A program made the translations under genes and the position numbers. A model generated the notes under the pieces. The model had not been told where the DNA came from, made no database searches, and was given only the letters and a program-made list of their open reading frames with translations. From sequence record PQ451753.1: a stretch of 64,000 nucleotides of DNA; one strand, 5' to 3'. The stretch's first letter is position 1; the number at the start of each line of letters is the position of its first letter. Shown piece by piece: positions 46,486 through 56,342 of this stretch.

Positions 46486-47841
46486 ATGAAACAGTATCTA
46501 AACGTAGCAGAAGACATCATCGGTAATGGCATTGAACAAGAAAACCGTACTGGTGTCAATACGCTATCCGTCTTTGGCCGTGACCTACGAGTTGACCTAC
46601 TCGACGGCTTTCCAGCACCAACCACTAAGAAAGGTTATTTCAAAGGTGCTAAGGTTGAACTAACTTGGATGCTAAAAGGTTTGACCAACCTTGAGTTTCT
46701 ACATCAACATGGTGTTAAGTTCTGGGACCAATGGGCTATTAAAGGTGAGCATAAAGTTCTTAAGCCGTTAGGTGAACTTAAGACGGCTGCAATGTTGTCG
46801 GGTAAGTCTGTCAATGAAGACCTGTACAATGCAGGTGATATCGAAGCGCTTGAAGCTGAACTTGGTATGGAGGTTGCCGATTTAGTTGATGACCGTTACG
46901 TTGAAATCCCACCTACCTATGAATACGTACTAGAAGCAGTATGTGAATCATTCGGCTTAGGTAAAGAAGAAGCTGAGAAGAAGATGATGGAAGTGTTCCA
47001 TACACATCGTCCTCTTCATAGTGGATTTGGTATTACTAAGCAAGAAGTAGCAGACGCTAATGCACGTGCAATGAAGCTACCTGAAAAGGTTCGTATCAAA
47101 ACATGTGAAGTGGGTGACTTGGGTCCAGTGTACGGTCAGATGATCCGTAACTTCCCTAACTCAGATGGTACTACAACTGACCAACTACAAACACTGATTG
47201 ATGGTTTGCTAAACAACCCACTATCAAGACGTCACCTAGTTGACCTGTGGTGTCCTGAGATGCTTCCTGACGAGACTAAGTCTCCTCAAGAGAACGTTGC
47301 CTTGGGTAAACAAGCATTGGCTCCGTGTCACATGCTGTGGACGTTTAAAGTACTGAAAGCGAAAGAAGAAGATCGCCGTAAGTATCTAGACCTTAACTAC
47401 AAACAGTTCCGACTTGACCATCTGAAAGACTTGGTTGAAGAAGAGATGCGTGTTAAAGGTGGTTCGTTGTCGCCTGAGCAAGAATACGATGTTCTACTTA
47501 AGCATGTTCCTGAGTATCGTCTAAACCTACATACTCAGCTTCGCAGTAATGATTGGCCAGCTGGCAACCCAGTAAACTTCATGTTCTACGCACTACTGTG
47601 TGAACTAACAGCTTACCAGACTGGTTTCATTCCGGGTGAATTGTGGCTAACCGCTACAGATGCACATGTTTACGTCGACCAGATTGAAGGTATTAAAGAA
47701 CAACTGACACGTGAACCTTATCCACTTCCACGTTTACGTATTAAAGCTAAACGTGCAAACCTTTGGGACTACGAGCCAGAAGACTTCGTGTTGGAAGGTT
47801 ATCAATGTCATGACACAATCAAATTCGCGGTGGCAAAATAA
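46486..47841 (+). CDS. thyA: Thymidylate synthase with two insertions
   Basis: PTTK, ELTWML, WDQWA, LGPVYG, SRRHLV, LAPCH catalytic Cys, RSND, HVY. Confidence 0.93.
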   Translation: MKQYLNVAEDIIGNGIEQENRTGVNTLSVFGRDLRVDLLDGFPAPTTKKGYFKGAKVELTWMLKGLTNLEFLHQHGVKFWDQWAIKGEHKVLKPLGELKTAAMLSGKSVNEDLYNAGDIEALEAELGMEVADLVDDRYVEIPPTYEYVLEAVCESFGLGKEEAEKKMMEVFHTHRPLHSGFGITKQEVADANARAMKLPEKVRIKTCEVGDLGPVYGQMIRNFPNSDGTTTDQLQTLIDGLLNNPLSRRHLVDLWCPEMLPDETKSPQENVALGKQALAPCHMLWTFKVLKAKEEDRRKYLDLNYKQFRLDHLKDLVEEEMRVKGGSLSPEQEYDVLLKHVPEYRLNLHTQLRSNDWPAGNPVNFMFYALLCELTAYQTGFIPGELWLTATDAHVYVDQIEGIKEQLTREPYPLPRLRIKAKRANLWDYEPEDFVLEGYQCHDTIKFAVAK

Positions 47842-48275
47842 TGCGTAAATATCCATACGAGACATATGTTGACAAAGATGGCAACTGGACAGTGTTCTTA
47901 GACAACCGTGTCTTAACACTAAAAGACAATAAACTTAAGTCACACAAAGGTGTGGTTGATGTAACTGACCTTGAGCGTTGTACGCCTCTTGCTATCATCC
48001 ACCGTCTTTTCGGCAGTGGTACTTGGTTTGACTTATCGCGTGTAGCGTTGCCTGAGGGCGATTACTACACTACGATGTTTAATACGTTGTACTTGATGAC
48101 ACGTGATAAGTCATTCGTGGTTGGTGAAGAAAGCGATCGTGGCAATCCACTATTTGGCTCATTTGTTCATGACTTCTTCACTTATTACTCGACACTGATG
48201 ATGATGACAGATTCGTATAAAGCGAACAAGTCTGAAGTGGTGGGTGTAATTGAAATGCTACTAAAAGAAAAGTAA
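47841..48275 (+). CDS. Hypothetical protein
   Basis: 144 aa. Confidence 0.55.
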   Translation: MRKYPYETYVDKDGNWTVFLDNRVLTLKDNKLKSHKGVVDVTDLERCTPLAIIHRLFGSGTWFDLSRVALPEGDYYTTMFNTLYLMTRDKSFVVGEESDRGNPLFGSFVHDFFTYYSTLMMMTDSYKANKSEVVGVIEMLLKEK

Positions 48276-48324
48276 TCTAAGTGGTAGGGATTCGTCCCTA
48301 CCCTTTTATGCAGGGACTATTAAG

Positions 48325-48612
48325 ATGAAGTTATTCAGACTGAACAACGGTAGTTGGACTGATGATGTCTTACCACTGTGTCATTTTGAAACTGTAAGGG
48401 ATGTTAATGATGACGACTTTAAGGCTGAGCCTAAAGAAGACATCCCTAAAGGAACACGCCTAGAAGATGCTAAGGTGTTCTTGAACTGTTATGGTACTTA
48501 TGTCTCGTGTCGATACAAAGGTAAACATTACAATGTAAAGGCAGCCTTTGTTAAAGTAATCCCATCTAAGGAAGGCGAGGCGTTAGTCCAAGAGAAGATG
48601 CGACTATCATGA
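48325..48612 (+). CDS. Small beta-rich hypothetical protein
   Basis: 95 aa. Confidence 0.55.
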   Translation: MKLFRLNNGSWTDDVLPLCHFETVRDVNDDDFKAEPKEDIPKGTRLEDAKVFLNCYGTYVSCRYKGKHYNVKAAFVKVIPSKEGEALVQEKMRLS

Positions 48613-48740
48613 AAGACTTTATGGCATTAATTTACATATTCAGATATCAAATAGGAGCATCTTACTTTAAAGACCCCCCTGCTTTGTATTAGACAAGGTA
48701 TCTTTTCAGCAACTTTTTTATACAAGGAACAAATAACAAA

Positions 48741-49520
48741 ATGCAATTCTTTACTCTTGGTTTAAAAATCCCATCGGGCGAACGCTCAGTTGAAATCAAA
48801 ACACAACTTACCTGCGATTCATTAGGGGTTGTGATTACTGAAGACATGGTCAAAGACTACGACCTAGAGAAGCGACACGAACTGTATGCTAACCTAATCA
48901 GTAGTTTAGCACATCTATACCATTCTGCGGGTGTGATGAACAACACGCTTGTAGAGCAACTACAGTCCATTCTAGACACGATTAAAGAAGCGGGCGCACC
49001 ACTGTTTCCAGAGAACGAAGGTCTAAGTAATGAATGGGAAGCATACTACGCATCAAGTGATGATAAACTAGGTATTGACTTCTTCATTAATGAAGTTGAT
49101 GAACACGGTGTTCCAAAAGATGCTGACTTACCTGACGGTTACTTAGTAGCACGATACTCCATTGATGACTTTGATATGGTTCCGGTGGCAGTTGAACTTA
49201 AGAAGTACATGCATCTTAATGATCGTGCCAAAGCATACGGTCAACTGTTTGACTTACTTCGCGAACATTCTCCTGAAAAAGAAGAGCGTGATGCATGGTT
49301 CAAACAACTGGAACGCATCTTCCAGAACGATGAACATCGAATCGTTAAGAACACTTACTGGTCTCGTCACTTTAAGAGTGGTGAGCATAGTGTAGAAGTA
49401 ACGTTCCGTCCACTTCATGACCTAGCCGACCTTTGTGAATTTGAAGGCGTGTGTGGTCTAAACATAATGGCGAATGATGAAAAGTCATTCCTACGTGTAG
49501 AGGAGTTACCGGATGCATGA
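48741..49520 (+). CDS. Hypothetical protein
   Basis: 259 aa, AAGGA RBS. Confidence 0.6.
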   Translation: MQFFTLGLKIPSGERSVEIKTQLTCDSLGVVITEDMVKDYDLEKRHELYANLISSLAHLYHSAGVMNNTLVEQLQSILDTIKEAGAPLFPENEGLSNEWEAYYASSDDKLGIDFFINEVDEHGVPKDADLPDGYLVARYSIDDFDMVPVAVELKKYMHLNDRAKAYGQLFDLLREHSPEKEERDAWFKQLERIFQNDEHRIVKNTYWSRHFKSGEHSVEVTFRPLHDLADLCEFEGVCGLNIMANDEKSFLRVEELPDA

Positions 49521-50334
49521 AACACCTAAAGTAACCGAACTAGGTATTACACACGTAACTGAATCAAAACCTAACATCCGTTTGTTGATAGCGCAAACAT
49601 TTGCCAATGCCGCACATCTGGCGATCGACCACCGTCGTAAATACACAGGTGAGCCGTACATCACACACCCTGCGGACGTAGTAAGTATTCTAGAGCGTCA
49701 TGGTATTATCGATACAGTGACGTTAGAAGCAGCGTGGCTACACGATGTGGTTGAAGATACTAAGATTACCGAAGATGTTATCTTAACGCTGTTTGGTATT
49801 GACACACATTACGTAGTTAAAACGGTTACGATGGAAGAACATCCTGCTGAAGTTGACCGCGCAGCACGTATGTCATTAGAGCGTGCACGTTGGAGAGCAG
49901 GCGACCACCGTGTTAAGAACCTGAAGTGTGCGGACTTAATCAGTAACGGTCGCTCTATCGTTGAACACGATCCAACCTTTGCTATCATCTTTATGAATGA
50001 AGCACGTCTAGCATTATCTGACTTACTGGGTGCTAAACCGTCACTTCATGCTGAACTTAAGAAGATGGTCGATGACTACTTCGATAACATGTTGGCCGAA
50101 CGCATTGGTGCTAAGTATTATCGTACTAAGATTATCAATGATACGGCTGGTGTGTATATGGGTGCAAAAGCTAAAGGTTCGCATTTACGTATCCGTATTC
50201 GTAAGCCGTGGGATAAGACCACCTCTCAATTAGGTGACCTATTCCCTAGCGATACACCGATTACTCTAACTCCAGAGTGTAAGGTGTATATCGGTGAAAC
50301 CTACCATCCTGAACTAAACGTGGAGCTCTGTTAA
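49513..50334 (+). CDS. RelA/SpoT (Mesh1-like) HD-domain hydrolase with C-terminal extension
   Basis: AH....RRKYTGEPYITHP, AAWLHDVVEDT, LKCADLISN. Confidence 0.85.
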   Translation: MHETPKVTELGITHVTESKPNIRLLIAQTFANAAHLAIDHRRKYTGEPYITHPADVVSILERHGIIDTVTLEAAWLHDVVEDTKITEDVILTLFGIDTHYVVKTVTMEEHPAEVDRAARMSLERARWRAGDHRVKNLKCADLISNGRSIVEHDPTFAIIFMNEARLALSDLLGAKPSLHAELKKMVDDYFDNMLAERIGAKYYRTKIINDTAGVYMGAKAKGSHLRIRIRKPWDKTTSQLGDLFPSDTPITLTPECKVYIGETYHPELNVELC

Positions 50335-50720
50335 TGGCATTACTGTTTAGACAACACGTCCCTAACTTCATGAGTGGTGTAGAAAGCAAAGAGGTCGAGT
50401 ATATTGACTTAGCTCAAATCAAAGAGTTCAGTCACATTAAGAACCTGATGGCAGACCCTGACTTCCTTGAGCTGACTAAGACCGAACTCCGCACACCGTT
50501 TGATGATCGCGGTGACTTCTTAATCAGTGCATTCTTTAAAGACAGACATATCGTTGTTGGTTATATACGTGCCAATAATAAAGACGAGATGAAACAGCTA
50601 AAGATTGTGCAGGAAGGTATGGAACTTCGTGACTGGGAAGATGCTAAAGCAGAATTAGACCGTCGTCGTGATGACTTAATGCCTCGATTTAAAAACAACT
50701 GGATGAAAGAAAATGGCTAA
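50334..50720 (+). CDS. Hypothetical protein
   Basis: 128 aa. Confidence 0.55.
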   Translation: MALLFRQHVPNFMSGVESKEVEYIDLAQIKEFSHIKNLMADPDFLELTKTELRTPFDDRGDFLISAFFKDRHIVVGYIRANNKDEMKQLKIVQEGMELRDWEDAKAELDRRRDDLMPRFKNNWMKENG

Positions 50721-50961
50721 CGAATACATCGTAACCGAACACAATGTAACTCCGGGTACATGTCGCGTATTGGCACAAATGAAGCTGTCGGCAATGCCAG
50801 GACGTGACCAAGGTCCGACCTATCGAATTTTCAAACAGGCAGGTGTATCTAACTTTGAACTCCGTGAAGAATTCAAAGAAGGTACTACATTCACTGTAAA
50901 AGGTGGGTGTCCGGTTATTGGTTCTAAGGTGTTTGACACGTTAACGGTTAAACCTGTGTAG
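50713..50961 (+). CDS. Hypothetical protein
   Basis: 82 aa. Confidence 0.55.
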   Translation: MANEYIVTEHNVTPGTCRVLAQMKLSAMPGRDQGPTYRIFKQAGVSNFELREEFKEGTTFTVKGGCPVIGSKVFDTLTVKPV

Positions 50962-50994
50962 CGGTTATAGTGTGAACCAACATAAGGAGGCAAT

Positions 50995-51285
50995 ATGTAC
51001 AATCTAAATGGTGAGTTTGCTAGAATTACGGAAGTTCGCACTAAAACCTTTTCTGAAGAAGACGGTAGTGCAGTAGTGCGCGTGATGGCGAGAGTCGGTA
51101 AATACAAACTACTGCTGTTATGGGATTCCACAGTCAGCGTGAAAGACATCTTGAAACATTTCAAAGAAGGTAAAGAAGTGCTGATTGATAAAGGGAAACC
51201 TTGTGATGAAGACGGCAACATCTTACCACACTACCATTGGCGTGTGGTTAAGACATTGTCGGATGTAAGCGGGGCTAATAAGTGA
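50995..51285 (+). CDS. Hypothetical protein
   Basis: 96 aa, AAGGAGG RBS. Confidence 0.6.
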   Translation: MYNLNGEFARITEVRTKTFSEEDGSAVVRVMARVGKYKLLLLWDSTVSVKDILKHFKEGKEVLIDKGKPCDEDGNILPHYHWRVVKTLSDVSGANK

Positions 51286-52181
51286 AAGAACTAGGTAATT
51301 TAGTTAAGATATGTCAGGACGACTTTGATGATGGGGTTCAAGAGCTGGTACTGAAGTTCAGCAGTGGTCACACCATCACACAGAGACGTGTATGGCCCGA
51401 TGTGAAGTATCGTGACAATGATGGTAACGATAGTCTACATGAAGTGGTTTACTACTCTGACGAGTTTAGAGAGCTTGAGAAAGCAAACCCGGATGCAGCG
51501 TTTGCACTTATCTGTAAGTGTAGTCGTTTGATAGAAGGGCCTGACTTAAAACCACAATCTGTAGCGGTGGAAGACTTTGTTGGTGGTCAAGTAGAGATTC
51601 GTGATCAACGTGTCTTACATGAACACTGGTTCCAAGTAATTCAGATGAGCTGTCGCCATTCCCTATGGGAAGGCGGTTGGTCTGAATACAAAGACCATAC
51701 ATTTGTGAAGGGTCGCGAAGGCGTTGCGTGCGTACTCTACGATAAAGACAGTGATACGATTGTCCTTATTGAAGAGTTCCGTATTGGTGCCGTCTATGAA
51801 GACAGTCCGTGGATGGTGGGGATACCTACAGGCGGGTTGGAAGAAGGCGAAGACCCAATGGATGGCGCACGTCGTGAATGTGAAGAAGAGGCAGGGTTAA
51901 AACCTTACTACATGGAACACATGTTGACTTACAAACAGTCACCGGGTTTCACTACACATACACAGCATTTATTCTACGGGTTAGTGGATGCAAGTCAAGC
52001 ACCAACTAAAGTTCAAGGTCTGGACTCAGAGGGTGAAGACATTCGTGTTGAGGTAATCCCTGCGCATGAAGTCCGCTATATGTTAGGTAAGAACGAGTTT
52101 AAGAATGGTACAGCCATTACTGCACTCCAACAGTTCCTACTGTTCCATTACGAATCAGCACGCAGTGTTGTAGAAGCTTAA
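51282..52181 (+). CDS. Nudix hydrolase, ADP-ribose pyrophosphatase (NudF)-like, with extra N-terminal domain
   Basis: Nudix box GGLEEGEDPMDGARRECEEEAG; VLIEEFRIGA, SPGF, EGEDI motifs. Confidence 0.88.
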   Translation: MKELGNLVKICQDDFDDGVQELVLKFSSGHTITQRRVWPDVKYRDNDGNDSLHEVVYYSDEFRELEKANPDAAFALICKCSRLIEGPDLKPQSVAVEDFVGGQVEIRDQRVLHEHWFQVIQMSCRHSLWEGGWSEYKDHTFVKGREGVACVLYDKDSDTIVLIEEFRIGAVYEDSPWMVGIPTGGLEEGEDPMDGARRECEEEAGLKPYYMEHMLTYKQSPGFTTHTQHLFYGLVDASQAPTKVQGLDSEGEDIRVEVIPAHEVRYMLGKNEFKNGTAITALQQFLLFHYESARSVVEA

Positions 52182-52184
52182 GAG

Positions 52185-52220
52185 ATGGCGAGCTTCGGCT
52201 CGCTGTCTTTTATTTTTTTA
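52185..52220 (+). terminator. Intrinsic terminator (cUUCGg)
   Basis: GATGGCGAGC-TTCG-GCTCGCTGTC plus T tract. Confidence 0.8.
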
Positions 52221-52261
52221 TGCCGACAGTGATATAATGAAAACTAACTAAGGAGAATACA

Positions 52262-52768
52262 ATGATTGGCATGATTGTTGCGCATGATACATTAAATGCA
52301 ATTGGTAACGACAACAAATTACTTTGGAAGAGTAAAGAAGACTTAGAACACTTTAAGGAAACAACGATGGGTGGTGTATTACTCTTTGGTCGTGAAACTG
52401 CTGAGTCGATTGGACGACCATTGCCGGGACGTGAGTGTCTCGTGTTGTCTAAAGACTTTAACTACCATTTGGAAGGCTTCACAACGCTGACACCTGAATC
52501 AATAGACCGTCAGTGGCTAGAGAGTATCTCAAGCGGTAAAGACCTGTGGATATGTGGCGGTGGTGCGGTATATGAACAATGTTTAGATCTGGTTGATAAG
52601 GTAGTGGTGTCATTGTTCCATACTGAAGTTGAAGCGGCAGATGCATACTTCCCACAGTACCGTGGTTGGCTAGAACAGCAACGTGTTAACAATACAGAAC
52701 CGTACAAGCAGTTCGCACCTACTGAGGAATGTCCTATTGCAGTCAGTGTGTTTGAATACGTAGCATAA
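52262..52768 (+). CDS. folA: Dihydrofolate reductase
   Basis: MIVA, AIGNDNKLLW..EDL.HFK..T.G, GRET..S.GRPLPGR, ICGGGAVY, ADAYFP. Confidence 0.93.
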   Translation: MIGMIVAHDTLNAIGNDNKLLWKSKEDLEHFKETTMGGVLLFGRETAESIGRPLPGRECLVLSKDFNYHLEGFTTLTPESIDRQWLESISSGKDLWICGGGAVYEQCLDLVDKVVVSLFHTEVEAADAYFPQYRGWLEQQRVNNTEPYKQFAPTEECPIAVSVFEYVA

Positions 52769-52772
52769 ATTC

Positions 52773-52829
52773 TTTCAGATATATATCATTCTAATGACAT
52801 AAACTGATTAAGAATTTAATGGGAGCTTA
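52773..52829 (+). repeat. 57-bp promoter+RBS cassette, copy B (contains early promoter copy 7)
   Basis: Identical to 27915-27971. Confidence 0.95.
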
Positions 52830-52831
52830 AC

Positions 52832-53308
52832 ATGACTAAACCTGTAACTATTGAAGAAGCAAAAGAAGAAGTACGTAAAATCTCCGAACGTGTGTGGAAT
52901 GAGGTAACTAATGAACCTGATTTGTCAGGCGATGCGATGGACATCAATGCGCGTTTTCAAGAGATGATGATGGAGCTCATGGTGGGTGCAGCTTATGCTG
53001 AAATAGACGGCGATAAATTAAAGTCGTTGAATATCTCGTTAGTGGTAGGTATTTCTGAAGATACACGTTTCAAAGATTACTTAACCGATCGTTTCTCAAC
53101 GCTACTTCATTGTTATAAGGATAAGATTGTAGCAATCAAATCGTCCATCGTATCAGGTACAGTAATCACATTCAATGTGAATGGTAAACATGTTAAGTTC
53201 GCCATCGATATGTTTGCCGGATACATCTCGCAGTTAATCTACTTAGGTGGTTCTGAAACAATCAGTCAAGTAGAACTTAACATCAATGCTGAACTAGGCA
53301 TTCAATAA
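52832..53308 (+). CDS. Hypothetical early protein
   Basis: 158 aa behind duplicated cassette. Confidence 0.65.
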   Translation: MTKPVTIEEAKEEVRKISERVWNEVTNEPDLSGDAMDINARFQEMMMELMVGAAYAEIDGDKLKSLNISLVVGISEDTRFKDYLTDRFSTLLHCYKDKIVAIKSSIVSGTVITFNVNGKHVKFAIDMFAGYISQLIYLGGSETISQVELNINAELGIQ

Positions 53309-53393
53309 TTAACCAAGACCGTATCATTTCGATACGTAACTTTAATAGTTCGGGGAACATGTGTTCCCCACTTTATCTAGGAGATAATAAACC

Positions 53394-54029
53394 ATGGCTA
53401 AGAAACAAAACAAGAAAGCTGCACGTAAGAAGAAGCCACAAAACCCAACAATGCGTCGCGAAGATTACGGGATTACCGTGGCATGTGAAAAGGTACTAAA
53501 CGAAATGTACCTATCGTTCTCTTCTGTACATTCGGCTATCCAACGTCATGGAATGGACCAACTGAACCGTCTAGTAAAGAACACCGAAAGGAAGAAAGTA
53601 GGTGGTTTCTTTACTAAAGGTAAAGACGATTTAACCATAGCTCGTGAAGCACTTATGGGTGACTTGTCAGAGACTGTACGTAAATGGAATTACTGGGTCG
53701 GTGTGTTCACTGACGACGGTGATGAAATTGCATGTGAGATTATGGCGGGTTACATTGAAGATGTTGTCATGGGCGACCTCACTAACATTATGCCTGAACT
53801 TGTGGCAGAAGTGTTGCGTGATGAGGTAGACGGTAAACCAATCGTTAATGCAGATAACATGAAAGGATGGGCATGGATTGCAACCCCATCTAATCAATTA
53901 GACTTTGCGGGTGATGATGAATTCACTACTCGTACCTTTATCGAGAATTTCGATATCTTAAACCAAGACCTTCGCGCTGAGACAGAAAGTCTCCACCGCG
54001 TTAAATACATTGAAAAGCAGGCAGCGTAA
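53394..54029 (+). CDS. Hypothetical protein, paralogue of 63429
   Basis: YWVGVF, GWAWIATP motifs. Confidence 0.6.
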   Translation: MAKKQNKKAARKKKPQNPTMRREDYGITVACEKVLNEMYLSFSSVHSAIQRHGMDQLNRLVKNTERKKVGGFFTKGKDDLTIAREALMGDLSETVRKWNYWVGVFTDDGDEIACEIMAGYIEDVVMGDLTNIMPELVAEVLRDEVDGKPIVNADNMKGWAWIATPSNQLDFAGDDEFTTRTFIENFDILNQDLRAETESLHRVKYIEKQAA

Positions 54030-54286
54030 TGACATATATAATCTATGGCTTCTTACTCGTCATCTGGGGCGAGGGATTTAAAATGTTCTTTTTAGAAGAC
54101 TTTAAACGTACTTGGGAATTTACTAAAGAATCGTCAGCGTGGACAGATCGCGGTTTAGGCGTATTCTTACTCCTTGCAATGTTAGCCTACCCGATTGTAT
54201 TCGTTGTGGTAGTAATTGGCGCATTGCTATTAGGCGGACACGGTACATTCGTTGAGGGCTGTAAGAAAGTATGGGGTACGAAGTAA
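54029..54286 (+). CDS. Small membrane protein
   Basis: Two hydrophobic segments. Confidence 0.55.
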   Translation: MTYIIYGFLLVIWGEGFKMFFLEDFKRTWEFTKESSAWTDRGLGVFLLLAMLAYPIVFVVVVIGALLLGGHGTFVEGCKKVWGTK

Positions 54287-54600
54287 AACGTCTTAGACGA
54301 GGGTCATTCCTCGTCTACTTTACCTATCTAGAAGGTAGGAACGGACCGCGTGTGGATTTCATTAAATACCACATTCGTAGTAATAAGAAGAACAATGCAC
54401 ATCGTTTCTTTCGTGGGAAGTTTGAAGACATTATTAAGAAGTATGTCAAGGAAGAACAACCTGCATTAGGTAAACGACACAAATGCATTATTCGTGTATT
54501 CGAAACAGAGGAAGCTGTTCACGTCAGTGGTTTCCCAATTCAACATCCGGCTGACCCTTGGCCGCCAGAACAACTAATTAAATTCCGCACAATTTATTAA
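54271..54600 (+). CDS. Hypothetical basic protein
   Basis: 109 aa. Confidence 0.5.
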   Translation: MGYEVKRLRRGSFLVYFTYLEGRNGPRVDFIKYHIRSNKKNNAHRFFRGKFEDIIKKYVKEEQPALGKRHKCIIRVFETEEAVHVSGFPIQHPADPWPPEQLIKFRTIY

Positions 54601-54610
54601 GGAGATAATA

Positions 54611-55153
54611 ATGGCACATTGGACACGCATGGCTTTCCGTGCAACGATTGAAGATGCACCTAAACACGTACGTACGATGTTAGAGATGCTATCACGAGGT
54701 GAGTGCGAAGCTGCGGTAGCTTATCGTGAAGAGAACAAACAACTATTCAAGAGTGCGTTCTTTGACGGGCGACGTTGGGACAACTTCTTGAATGGTAATC
54801 CGGGTATCTATTCGGAGTGGGATCGCCGTGAGAAGGTAATTAGTGCGGATGAGAAAACGTACAAACTGGATGTGGCTTGGACGCAACGTTCTGCCACAGC
54901 GGATATGATTGAATTCATTCGTTGGCTAAAAGAATGGATTGTAGAAGAAGAAACTGTTATCGGTCTTGCAGTATGCGATCTTACCGATGACATGTTCCGC
55001 AAGTATTGGGTCGAGTCGGACTTACCAGCGTCTGGCGTCGTTAATCTAGATTACTGGATTGATGATGAAGATGCCGACGACCTTTATGAATTGGCAGAAA
55101 ATAAACCAGAACCTGTAGCGCAACCTGCTTACGGCTTTTACATTGGAGGATAA
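54611..55153 (+). CDS. Hypothetical protein
   Basis: 180 aa, GGAG RBS. Confidence 0.6.
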   Translation: MAHWTRMAFRATIEDAPKHVRTMLEMLSRGECEAAVAYREENKQLFKSAFFDGRRWDNFLNGNPGIYSEWDRREKVISADEKTYKLDVAWTQRSATADMIEFIRWLKEWIVEEETVIGLAVCDLTDDMFRKYWVESDLPASGVVNLDYWIDDEDADDLYELAENKPEPVAQPAYGFYIGG

Positions 55154-55156
55154 GAA

Positions 55157-55474
55157 ATGCTTGAATTAGGTATGGACGAAATCACTGTAGTTTGTGAACA
55201 ACATCCAAACGGTGAAATGGATATCACTTTTACACCAGTTTCAGAGAACGCGGCAGAGTGTCTTAACGTCGCAATGGATTTGAAAGGGATGAAATCTGTT
55301 GAGGGTATGGTTAATTGGTTAATCATGACGGCGGCAGAAGAAGTTAATGAGAAGTACCCTGACAGTCTTGAAGGTAAAGGTCGTGGCGCTTCTAATGAAC
55401 AAATAGAAATGTTCGCATCCAGTGCAATTGTTAACCGCGTCAATGAAATCCTCTCAGACGTTAAGGAGCAGTAA
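55157..55474 (+). CDS. Hypothetical protein
   Basis: 105 aa, GGAGG RBS. Confidence 0.55.
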   Translation: MLELGMDEITVVCEQHPNGEMDITFTPVSENAAECLNVAMDLKGMKSVEGMVNWLIMTAAEEVNEKYPDSLEGKGRGASNEQIEMFASSAIVNRVNEILSDVKEQ

Positions 55475-55536
55475 TATGTTGAAAATAAATACGTGTCTGT
55501 ATTGTTACGATAAGCTAACGGCTTGGTGTCCGAAGT

Positions 55537-56331
55537 GTGGGAAAGGTTATGGCGAGCAATGATCCATTTGTAATTGAAGCGGAAGTACGCATTCAACGTT
55601 ACGGGACTATTGAAAAGGTTAAAGCGCTAGTTACTAAAGAAGCTAATGACCTTATCAAAGAAAATCCAGACTACGTGTTTGGACAAACTAACCGTAAGTA
55701 CGAACTCTTCATTGTAAGTCGTCCTGAAGACCACTATGGTAGACCACATTACAACGGTAAGGTCTGTGCTTTAGTAGACTCACGCGATATACCTAACCAT
55801 GCTCGGATTATGATGCGTAATGAACCGAAGAAGTTAGAAACGGTTGAAGATGTTATTCGTGCCCGTTCACATATCGGTCGTCAGTTACACTCGCGTGAAG
55901 CTGAAGTTGAAGCACTTAAAGCTAAAGACCTAGAGTTAGCTGAACAGGTAGCTAAAATGGCAAGTGGTGCAGGTCGTCCAATATCCGATGTAGATGGCGT
56001 AGTCGCTATCGAAAAGGGTGTGCCTAATTACGCAACGTTCCGCACCGAATACTTCAAAGATGGCCATGCTGCACTATCCGTTATCAATGAAAACGGTTGG
56101 GATTTAGTTAGTATGAGACGTCTCTATGACCATCATGACTGGCTAATGTGTATCACTATTGAATTACCAAGTAGTCTTGCTGGACATACGGTGGAGGAAC
56201 AACTTGAAACGTTCCGTAAGGAATTTGAAGAAGCGTGTGACGCTTTCGCAGCTTTGTATGATGGGTTGGATTTACATCGCTGTTGGCAAACACTTAATCT
56301 AGGGTTCGAACCAAAAGACCCGTTTAAATAG
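55537..56331 (+). CDS. Hypothetical protein with short coiled coil
   Basis: 264 aa; start uncertain. Confidence 0.55.
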   Translation: MGKVMASNDPFVIEAEVRIQRYGTIEKVKALVTKEANDLIKENPDYVFGQTNRKYELFIVSRPEDHYGRPHYNGKVCALVDSRDIPNHARIMMRNEPKKLETVEDVIRARSHIGRQLHSREAEVEALKAKDLELAEQVAKMASGAGRPISDVDGVVAIEKGVPNYATFRTEYFKDGHAALSVINENGWDLVSMRRLYDHHDWLMCITIELPSSLAGHTVEEQLETFRKEFEEACDAFAALYDGLDLHRCWQTLNLGFEPKDPFK

Positions 56332-56342
56332 GAGACATTAAA

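Noticed and set aside
46720-47120. Possible intein or intron in thyA
   Set aside because: ORF is continuous; no Cys/Ser-start and His-Asn-end intein termini or LAGLIDADG/HNH motif; no group I intron core seen
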